Virus record (IMG/VR): IMGVR_UViG_3300032330_000282
Coordinates: 1 to 33,946 of that record
Length of the DNA: 33,946 bases
Direction: 5' to 3' (one strand)
Origin: a virus
Taxonomy: Duplodnaviria; Caudoviricetes
Shown here: positions 27,648 through 33,946 of the stretch, one piece after another
How positions within the stretch are numbered: the stretch's first letter is position 1
How the letters are laid out: each line of letters begins with the position of its first letter
Notes under the pieces: model-generated
What the model was told of the DNA's origin: nothing
Databases searched by the model: none
Seen by the model: the letters and a program-made list of their open reading frames with translations, nothing else
Program-made: the position numbers and the translations under genes

Positions 27648-27872
27648 TTATGATTTCAATTCTTTTAATAGTTCTACATAATGGATAACTTTGTCTAAGT
27701 CTTCCACTCCACCTTTATCACGCCAACGGCAGATGTATTTAATAATATTACCCTCAATATAAGGGATATTGTTTTTAGTAATAAACTCAACAGGTTGGAT
27801 TACATACTTAGTGTAATGTGTACCTGCTACTTGTTTAGTTATAGCTTTTTTTAGTTCTGGAAATTTAGTCAT
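27648..27872 (-). CDS. DUF3310 family protein (T7 gp1.7 nucleotide kinase-related)
   Basis: QVAGTHY, IQPVEFI, GNIIKYICR and KGGVEDLDKVIHY. Confidence 0.85.
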   Translation of the reverse strand: MTKFPELKKAITKQVAGTHYTKYVIQPVEFITKNNIPYIEGNIIKYICRWRDKGGVEDLDKVIHYVELLKELKS

Positions 27873-27907
27873 ACTATTATTATACCATCCTTTTTAAACA
27901 TTTACAA
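27872..27907 (-). promoter_or_regulatory. Sigma70-type promoter, probably giving a leaderless transcript
   Basis: TTGTAA (27907-27902), 17-nt spacer ending in TGG, TATAAT (27884-27879), then 6 nt, then ATG at 27872. Confidence 0.78.
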
Positions 27908-28640
27908 GCTTTATAGAACCTTTTTCTTTAAGGTTAGTACCATCTCTAAACCAGTTACCACACGTACGGCATTGATATCTTTGGTATTTGCCTGTAGAAG
28001 TAAGGTTATACCCTCTTTTCTGGAAAGATTTAGAAGTACATGTAGGGCAACACAACCCATTGTTCTCAATAAGGTTACGGTTAAGGTGGTTCTTAATCCA
28101 AGGTTTAAAACGTTCATAGACTTTTTCTAAAAGAATAACATCGTTCTTGTTATACTCTTCCATCGTTTTCCAAGCTTTAGGGATACCTGCCATACATTGT
28201 ACCCATAGTTCATGACCACTATGTGCAGTTTTTTTACCTAGTCCTAGTTGCTGTGCTACATAGTCTAATTTGTTAGATACAAATCTAAACCTACCTCTAG
28301 CTACAGTTAATAAATCAATCTCTTTAAAGGGTGCTGGTGGAAACATACCATGTAATAAGAATTCTTTATTAAGAGAAGGGATATCAAAACGTTTACCATT
28401 GTAGTGTATAACTGCATCAGCTTCATCAAGAAGCTTGTGTATACCCTCTAGCATTTTCTTTTCACCAGACTTTTTTACAGACTGAAACATCATTTCTTTA
28501 CTACCTAACCATTTAGCTGCGTAGCACATGACATATGAAGACTCTTGCAATTGATTGATACCAATGTTCTGATCCCAGATACCCCACACATGGGCTACGT
28601 TGGGAGCCATTTCAATATCTAATAGTAATATTTTACTCAT
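27894..28640 (-). CDS. DnaQ/RNase H-like 3'-5' exonuclease with C-terminal zinc ribbon
   Basis: LLDIE (Exo I), HYNGKRFD (Exo II), SNKLDY, YNKNDV (Exo III), and CPTC...CRTC. Confidence 0.82.
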   Translation of the reverse strand: MSKILLLDIEMAPNVAHVWGIWDQNIGINQLQESSYVMCYAAKWLGSKEMMFQSVKKSGEKKMLEGIHKLLDEADAVIHYNGKRFDIPSLNKEFLLHGMFPPAPFKEIDLLTVARGRFRFVSNKLDYVAQQLGLGKKTAHSGHELWVQCMAGIPKAWKTMEEYNKNDVILLEKVYERFKPWIKNHLNRNLIENNGLCCPTCTSKSFQKRGYNLTSTGKYQRYQCRTCGNWFRDGTNLKEKGSIKLVNV

Positions 28641-28649
28641 ATATCTCCT

Positions 28650-29264
28650 TTACCAATAAAGTTCTATTTTATTATTTCTTTTTATTAAATGTCCTTGAAG
28701 AGTAATACGATACTCTCCTTGAACAATCTCTTTAAGTCCTGCTATTCTGTGAATACTTAAACCATCATGCCATACAATTTGTTTTTCTTTATATTCTAAA
28801 TAGTGTACATTAGTTTTAGAGTCAAGCCAATCTATACCTCCTCCTAGTGTAGGAAGTTTAATTACAATTGTTACTGTTGAATTGTCTGTTCCAGTTAACT
28901 CTAATGTTTTTTGTGGTATATCTATATGCCAATTACCTGCAACACCTTTAAACTTTGGATCAGATTCAAATATATGAAACCCAGGGTAAGCTAAATCTTC
29001 TGTTAATGTAACAGGTTCATTTAATTCTTTTGATAAATACTTTAAGATTATATCATATAATTCTGAAAAGTTATCAAGTAATAGTTTATTAAACTTATCT
29101 TTTTGACTTTTATACTCAGGGGTACGTCCTTCTATATAAGCGTTTTTACCTAGTGTATAAAAAGGAAAGTCATTAGATCGTAATTCCCAATGACTTTTAA
29201 GTTCAAGTAACTTACTAGTAATAGTTTCAATATCAATATCTAATGTATTTACTTTAAAAATCAT
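28650..29264 (-). CDS. 2OG-Fe(II) oxygenase-like protein
   Basis: PGFHIF, WHID (HxD), LP..GGG, distal His (IHRIA) and RITLQGH. Confidence 0.75.
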   Translation of the reverse strand: MIFKVNTLDIDIETITSKLLELKSHWELRSNDFPFYTLGKNAYIEGRTPEYKSQKDKFNKLLLDNFSELYDIILKYLSKELNEPVTLTEDLAYPGFHIFESDPKFKGVAGNWHIDIPQKTLELTGTDNSTVTIVIKLPTLGGGIDWLDSKTNVHYLEYKEKQIVWHDGLSIHRIAGLKEIVQGEYRITLQGHLIKRNNKIELYW

Positions 29265-29632
29265 TTATTATTTTTACTTGTTATTACTCTTTGTTTCTTT
29301 TCTTTTAGAGTTTTCTTGTCGTGGCAGTCTTTACAGAGCACTTGCAAATTATCTTTGGTACAATAAAGTCTTTCAATGAATTCGTCCCAAGATGTAAACC
29401 CAACCTTAGCATCAACCACTGGTTTGATATGATCAACTTGAACTTGTTTAGCAGGGTACTCGTTTTTACAAGACTTGCATTTGTAGTGCATACCCATGCG
29501 CTTAGTAAGTTCGTTAATCTTTTTACCAGTTTGTGCTTCTTTGAGCGTTTCGTATTTAGGAGGCCAACGTCTGTACCCTCCCCGCAACACGGACGTAATA
29601 AATCCTTTGATTCTGCCATCAGTCCACTCCAT
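29261..29632 (-). CDS. HNH endonuclease
   Basis: CKSC, QVDHIKPV and NLQVLCKDCHDKKT. Confidence 0.85.
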   Translation of the reverse strand: MEWTDGRIKGFITSVLRGGYRRWPPKYETLKEAQTGKKINELTKRMGMHYKCKSCKNEYPAKQVQVDHIKPVVDAKVGFTSWDEFIERLYCTKDNLQVLCKDCHDKKTLKEKKQRVITSKNNK

Positions 29633-29958
29633 TATAATGTAGGTTCTTTCTTATAAGTATCATCTATCTTAGGATTAGTAAGAAAGACATTAGCAGGGAA
29701 TCTGCTTGTATCACCTTTGTACCATTGTATTACAACATCTTCACCCTCGTGAGTATAACACGCTAGAAGACGGTTACCGTCAATCCTAGTAGCTACTGCA
29801 GTTAAAGGGTATAAACTTTTAAGTTCAGGTAAAACACAATCAATATTTGAAATGGTTATAATTACATTTTGATTATATCTGTAATGTAAATATTTATAAG
29901 CTTCAGCAATTGCACTTGTACTTAAACATAACCCAATAACTAACAATAGTTTTTTCAT
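29632..29958 (-). CDS. Exported protein with signal peptide
   Basis: MKKLLLVIGLCLSTSAIA has a basic n-region, a hydrophobic h-region and an A-x-A cleavage site. Two Cys in the mature part. Confidence 0.7.
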   Translation of the reverse strand: MKKLLLVIGLCLSTSAIAEAYKYLHYRYNQNVIITISNIDCVLPELKSLYPLTAVATRIDGNRLLACYTHEGEDVVIQWYKGDTSRFPANVFLTNPKIDDTYKKEPTL

Positions 29959-29985
29959 GAGGACTCCAAGTGATGATAGTAGTAA

Positions 29986-30189
29986 TTACGGATACTTAAC
30001 ACGTTCGTCAAGCATTGCGTTTGAAACCTTATAAGCTTGTTTAGCTAATTCTATAGGATCATCTGACCAATTAGAATCAATGAATGCATGTAATGCTTCC
30101 ATAGCTATGTAATCCCTAAGGTTCATACCAGTATAGATTTGTTTTTTGTTATCTTGACACGGGAATGCTGGTGAGTTTCCGTTACTCAT
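29986..30189 (-). CDS. Widespread phage protein (PAFP...GMxLRDY family)
   Basis: SPAFP, GMNLRDYIA and AYKVSNAML. ATG 30189 after AAGGAG is preferred over 30204. Confidence 0.78.
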   Translation of the reverse strand: MSNGNSPAFPCQDNKKQIYTGMNLRDYIAMEALHAFIDSNWSDDPIELAKQAYKVSNAMLDERVKYP

Positions 30190-30240
30190 GCTACTCTCCT
30201 TCATAAATTAAAATCATTAGAGCTACCCAAAGAAGGATGA

Positions 30241-30435
30241 TCAATTGATTTGACCACCTTCTTGTTTGAATAAATCTAACTCTTGTTCAACGGCATCTGT
30301 TGCAACTTCAAAGACACCTCTACGCACCAGTTCTTTGATAGCATAGTCCATTAAGAAGGCAGCCTCTTTAGGGTCTACATGAAACTCAAAGTCTAATGAC
30401 CCGTCTTTATTCTGTACACAGTTTGATATAAGCAT
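30241..30435 (-). CDS. Hypothetical protein, 64 aa
   Basis: Co-oriented ORF overlapping the exonuclease 3' end, with AAGGA upstream. Confidence 0.65.
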   Translation of the reverse strand: MLISNCVQNKDGSLDFEFHVDPKEAAFLMDYAIKELVRRGVFEVATDAVEQELDLFKQEGGQIN

Positions 30436-31081
30436 CTAACCAGTTTTCCTTTCCTTTTTGTCTAATCCAAAGAACCTGAGCATTCATCTTAAACTCTTCA
30501 TCGTTACTATAAGCATTCCTAACTGCATCAAACAACTGTTGTTCTGTTTCACATTCAGCTAAGATTTTATCTGCTTTTTTAGTACCAATCTTTTCTATGC
30601 CTTTAATGTTATCAGACCTATCACCCATAAGACATTGCTTATAGAAGTGTTTAAGTCCTTCAAACTCATTAACCTCACAGAATTCATTCTTAACAAAGTT
30701 AAAATGTTTACCAGGAATCATAAGAAGATCTTTATCTATAGAACAAATAACAGTATCATCTGTTTGATTTAACCCAAGTGCATCGTCAGCTTCCATACCA
30801 TCAATAACTTCTGCATTGAATGTTGCAATAAGATATTGACGAATAGGTTCTAACCAGAATGGTTTCTCTTTAGGACGGTGGGCTTTATACTCAGGGTATA
30901 TACTATACCTAAAGTTATCTTTACCCGTTAAATAAAGATTATACTCAGAAGCTTCCGTACTAACTAGGATATGATCAACTAGATCTTCTGTCCTAGAATA
31001 CGCAAAGTCCTGAGCATCATCATCTTGTAGCGTACAAGCAACCCTATACGCTACTATATCAGCATCAATAAGTGCTTTCAT
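30407..31081 (-). CDS. 5'-3' exonuclease (T7 gp6 / FEN-like)
   Basis: LIDADIVAY, NFR...YPEYKAHR, EADD, SIDKDL and GDRSDNIKG. Confidence 0.92.
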   Translation of the reverse strand: MKALIDADIVAYRVACTLQDDDAQDFAYSRTEDLVDHILVSTEASEYNLYLTGKDNFRYSIYPEYKAHRPKEKPFWLEPIRQYLIATFNAEVIDGMEADDALGLNQTDDTVICSIDKDLLMIPGKHFNFVKNEFCEVNEFEGLKHFYKQCLMGDRSDNIKGIEKIGTKKADKILAECETEQQLFDAVRNAYSNDEEFKMNAQVLWIRQKGKENWLDAYIKLCTE

Positions 31082-31608
31082 TAGACTGGAATGTCATCCT
31101 CTAAATCATCAAAGTTTACTTCTTTAGTAGGGTTTGGATCTTTACTAAATACATAAGCTTCGAATTGTTTAGCTGTTGCAATAACTTCATCAACAGATTT
31201 ACCCTGTCCTAGTAACTCTACTGCAGTTGATAGAGATGATTGACGAATGATAAACACTTGTCGTGCAGCTCTTTCTTCTTTAGTTTCATAGTTACTTCCT
31301 GTTACTCTACCACCTGCTTGCGCAGTTGCTGGTTTACTTTGTGTAGCCACTGGTGCATCTCCTTCATTACCAATACCTGTCCAATCCCAAAACCCTTTGG
31401 CATTTTTAACAGTCGTTACATTAACAACCTCACCTTTAGCTAAACCTTTGATATGATTAAATACCGATGGGTTACTAAAAGACATAAGTTTTTTATTAGC
31501 TACTTGACCATTTTCAGTCTTGTAAGTTATTTCAATCTCTTGGTAAGATCTACCATTAGATGAAGCTTTAGTACTAGGTGTTCCAACATCAACAATATTA
31601 ATTAGCAT
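31081..31608 (-). CDS. ssb: Single-stranded DNA-binding protein (putative)
   Basis: OB-like beta N-terminal half, acidic tail FDDLEDDIPV, and a position between polymerase and exonuclease. Confidence 0.65.
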   Translation of the reverse strand: MLINIVDVGTPSTKASSNGRSYQEIEITYKTENGQVANKKLMSFSNPSVFNHIKGLAKGEVVNVTTVKNAKGFWDWTGIGNEGDAPVATQSKPATAQAGGRVTGSNYETKEERAARQVFIIRQSSLSTAVELLGQGKSVDEVIATAKQFEAYVFSKDPNPTKEVNFDDLEDDIPV

Positions 31609-32317
31609 TTACTATCTCCATGTTACCCCAATTAAGTCCAACTTGACATTCGACTCTCATAGGAAGATTAAATTCAACCCCAAATAACTTCTTAAAGTTA
31701 AGAGGGATGTCCGTAAAACAATCATCTACTAACTTAACTATACTATTATTATCGCATAGTTTCTCATCAAAGTCAACTATAATCGAATCATGAACAGTGT
31801 TTATTAACTTAGTTCCTTCTACTTTCTTTAGTCTATTAGCTAGACTAACTCTTGCTATAGCCATCAAATCAGCACCGAGTCCTTGCACTGGATAGTTAAG
31901 GATTCGTGTGCGGGGCCATTTAGCTTTACCATATCTTATTTCTGGTTCATAATGATATACCCTCCCTGTAGGCATAGTTATTTTTCTATCTCTTTTAGCT
32001 TTCTCAACAATCTCTTTGTGCCAGGCATCAAGTCCACTATACTTTTTATAGAACTCATCAATGATGTTCTGCCAGAATGTTTCTTGTTTACTGGTATCAG
32101 TAAAGTTAGGATCATTAGCATAACTATAAGCACTGCCACCATAGATGAGTCTGAATACAAATGTCTTAGCAATGAGACGAGAAGGTAGGCCGAACCTAAC
32201 CTGATTATCCGTGTGCTGATCTGTCCCATCCCATATCTCCTTAATAGCAGTTTGATCTTGTGATAGATAAGCTGCACATACCCATTCTAGTGCTTTAGCA
32301 TCAGCTTGTAACAGCAT
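31598..32317 (-). CDS. polA: DNA polymerase family A, C-terminal subunit (palm/fingers, motifs A-B-C)
   Basis: ATG 32317 with GGAG 5 nt upstream. LLQADAKALE (motif A), RLIAKTFVFRLIYGG (motif B), NYPVQG and TVHDS (motif C). Confidence 0.9.
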   Translation of the reverse strand: MLLQADAKALEWVCAAYLSQDQTAIKEIWDGTDQHTDNQVRFGLPSRLIAKTFVFRLIYGGSAYSYANDPNFTDTSKQETFWQNIIDEFYKKYSGLDAWHKEIVEKAKRDRKITMPTGRVYHYEPEIRYGKAKWPRTRILNYPVQGLGADLMAIARVSLANRLKKVEGTKLINTVHDSIIVDFDEKLCDNNSIVKLVDDCFTDIPLNFKKLFGVEFNLPMRVECQVGLNWGNMEIVNAN

Positions 32318-33470
32318 ACCTACTCCCAAATAGTTGTTTAATTTCTCCATCAAAGTTCTGTAAGTTAGGTTTAGTAGACGATAGTCTTCCTGTCTTAGCA
32401 ACACATTGATTAAGAACACCGTGTAGTGTACCTTCTTTCCAGTTCATAGTCTTGCGTAGTACTACCAATCCTTCATAGTATGCAGATAATCGTTTCTCTA
32501 ATGTAGCCCTAGCTAAGATAAGTTCTATTAATTCTTTAGCTTGTTTACTACCTTTTAATGATCGTAATGTCTGTTCATCATTAGAGAAGTAACCTTCTTT
32601 TTCTAGTTCAGAACCTTTAAGAGGATTAGCCAAACGTTCAAACTCTATAACGTATTCTTTCCATTGGCTTTTAGGTAAGCCCGCTCTAGTCCCTGTTTTA
32701 AAAGTACCAATAACTTCTTGACGTCTGACTTTAATAGATCCCCCATAGAGAAGAGCACTAATATGTTCAGTGCTATTAGCATTAAACTCAGGAAGCTTAT
32801 GATAAGTATAAAGGATTGAATCAATACGTTCAATATCTTTTGTAGTTTCTTCCCCAAGCCTAACACACTCTGTTTCATTAAATTTAAGACCATTGTATTC
32901 CATCTCCTCTAATATTAATAAGTCTTGGTTATGTAAGCTAAGAAGTCTTTGCATTTGTTTTGTGCCAACTGCAAATTCTTCCATTTGTTTTTCATACACT
33001 TTTTGCGTTAACTGCAAATCTTGTGTGAGGTATTCTTCTAACAAGTCTTTAGGTATCTTGTCAGTATCTATCCCATTCTTCCAATAATCAGTAGCAATGA
33101 TATCAAGTTTACTACCCAAAGCATAGTAGTCAGCAACACCATTGAGACTTGGATAGGGATATTGTTGGCCCGTAAGTATAAAATGAGCCAACTGACAATC
33201 CCAAATACGCTTATCCATAAAATTAATTCCATAGCGTCTTAACCAATGCAAGTCAAACTTAATGTTAAAGCCAACAAGAGTATCGTGGCTGTCGATGCTT
33301 CTTTGTATAGCGTCAAGTCTTTCTCTGTTAGGACTTCCGCTATAATCAATGTCGTATAAATAAGTGCCATCAGTACTATAGAGTCCAACATAACAAAGTT
33401 TATTCCTTTCATCAAATGGATTACCTTTATTGCTTATGGTTGTTTCAACATCTAAGATTAAGCTGCGCAA
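32301..33470 (-). CDS. polA: DNA polymerase family A, N-terminal subunit (3'-5' exonuclease + thumb)
   Basis: TTG start after AAGGA. LDVET, GFNIKFD, YLTQD, MEYNG and KTGRLSSTKPNLQN. Confidence 0.9.
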   Translation of the reverse strand: MRSLILDVETTISNKGNPFDERNKLCYVGLYSTDGTYLYDIDYSGSPNRERLDAIQRSIDSHDTLVGFNIKFDLHWLRRYGINFMDKRIWDCQLAHFILTGQQYPYPSLNGVADYYALGSKLDIIATDYWKNGIDTDKIPKDLLEEYLTQDLQLTQKVYEKQMEEFAVGTKQMQRLLSLHNQDLLILEEMEYNGLKFNETECVRLGEETTKDIERIDSILYTYHKLPEFNANSTEHISALLYGGSIKVRRQEVIGTFKTGTRAGLPKSQWKEYVIEFERLANPLKGSELEKEGYFSNDEQTLRSLKGSKQAKELIELILARATLEKRLSAYYEGLVVLRKTMNWKEGTLHGVLNQCVAKTGRLSSTKPNLQNFDGEIKQLFGSRYAVTS

Positions 33471-33616
33471 TCGCCAGTTCCTTGGTTGAGTGGATAGTAT
33501 TTATTTACTGCTTCAAGAAGGGTTTCATTAGGACCCATTAGATCTATTATATCATAAATGTCTGCTCTATTCAAGTCAGGTCTAGCTTCTAAAACTTCTG
33601 TAAAATCATTATCCAA
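33458..33616 (-). CDS. 52-aa acidic hypothetical protein (not in ORF track)
   Basis: AAGGAG then a TTG start at 33616. Translates as MDNDFTEVLEARPDLNRADIYDIIDLMGPNETLLEAVNKYYPLNQGTGDCAA and overlaps the polA start by 13 nt. Confidence 0.65.
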   Translation of the reverse strand: MDNDFTEVLEARPDLNRADIYDIIDLMGPNETLLEAVNKYYPLNQGTGDCAA

Positions 33617-33634
33617 AATAGATACTCCTTTAAT

Positions 33635-33946
33635 TTAAATGTCAATGTATCTTGCAATGTCTGCTTTAATTAATACTTGTTTAGAACCATGTCTTAAGTC
33701 AGGTAAAGTGTCAGTATCACCTACTAGTTTATTCTTGCAGATATTAAAATATCTACTACGACTAAGGTTATCTTGTTCTTTACCTATCCCTAGGATCCAA
33801 TCGGCTTCGCCCTGCTTAGCCGTTTTGGAGCCGTCGACTTGATCCATTGTTAGAAATAGCTTGCCTTCCGCTTCGCCTGATGCTTGCGATACAGCGATGA
33901 CAGGTGCGTATGTTTTAGCAATCTCTCTAGCCCATTGATAAATCTG
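33635..33946 (-). CDS. DnaB-like (SF4) replicative helicase, C-terminal part (truncated by the window edge)
   Basis: Frame is open to the window end: QWAREIAKTYAPVIAVSQA...SKTAKQGEADWILGIG...NICKNK. Confidence 0.85.
   Translation of the reverse strand, partial: QIYQWAREIAKTYAPVIAVSQASGEAEGKLFLTMDQVDGSKTAKQGEADWILGIGKEQDNLSRSRYFNICKNKLVGDTDTLPDLRHGSKQVLIKADIARYIDI

Noticed and set aside
29261-29632. HNH gene as a mobile homing element
   Set aside because: It is free-standing, coupled to its neighbours and interrupts no gene. It is more likely a resident nuclease, though mobility cannot be excluded.
32301-32340. Intron or intein at the polA break, or a pseudogene
   Set aside because: There is no intervening sequence at all, and both halves are intact with no other lesions.
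32318-32419. 34-codon N-terminal extension of the second polA ORF
   Set aside because: It overlaps the conserved TGRLSS/PNLQN codons of the first half in another frame. ATG 32317 has the RBS and begins at motif A.
1-33946. tRNA, CRISPR array, DGR, integrase or alternative genetic code
   Set aside because: Intergenic gaps are too short and none were seen. There is no reverse transcriptase or recombinase. TAA, TAG and TGA all act as stops at full coding density.

Overview
This window is an AT-rich, gene-dense fragment of a tailed dsDNA bacteriophage with podovirus-like architecture. It has two convergent arms that meet at an intrinsic terminator near 25.3 kb. The + arm (1-25279) is the morphogenesis operon. 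It runs: terminase large subunit (5'-truncated), portal, GroES-like co-chaperonin, scaffold, major capsid, head accessory genes, a ferritin-like gene, a fibre cassette, a tail fibre with 2OG-Fe(II) oxygenase and cupin, holin-like genes, adaptor and nozzle proteins, a GNAT-like protein, three ejection proteins and a DUF5675-type endolysin candidate. The largest ejection protein carries a lysozyme domain and an HExxH zincin domain. The - arm (25313-33946) is replication and nucleotide metabolism. It runs: DnaB-like helicase (truncated), a family A DNA polymerase split into two overlapping genes, SSB, 5'-3' exonuclease, HNH nuclease, a 2OG-Fe(II) oxygenase, a DnaQ/RNase H-like exonuclease, DUF3310 and a class II ribonucleotide reductase. 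I saw no tRNA, CRISPR array, integrase or RNA polymerase. The most notable observations are (1) the split PolA, whose second half has its own RBS; (2) a post-capsid intergenic region holding a hairpin, a 19-aa basic ORF and a perfect three-way-junction RNA that sequesters the next Shine-Dalgarno; (3) the same GSGY-repeat domain inserted into both the adaptor and the nozzle; (4) a near-consensus sigma70 promoter positioned to give a leaderless DUF3310-nrdJ transcript; and (5) a multi-gene fibre cassette with a shared docking-like motif. All family assignments come from motif recognition by eye, not from database searches, and novelty cannot be confirmed without searches.
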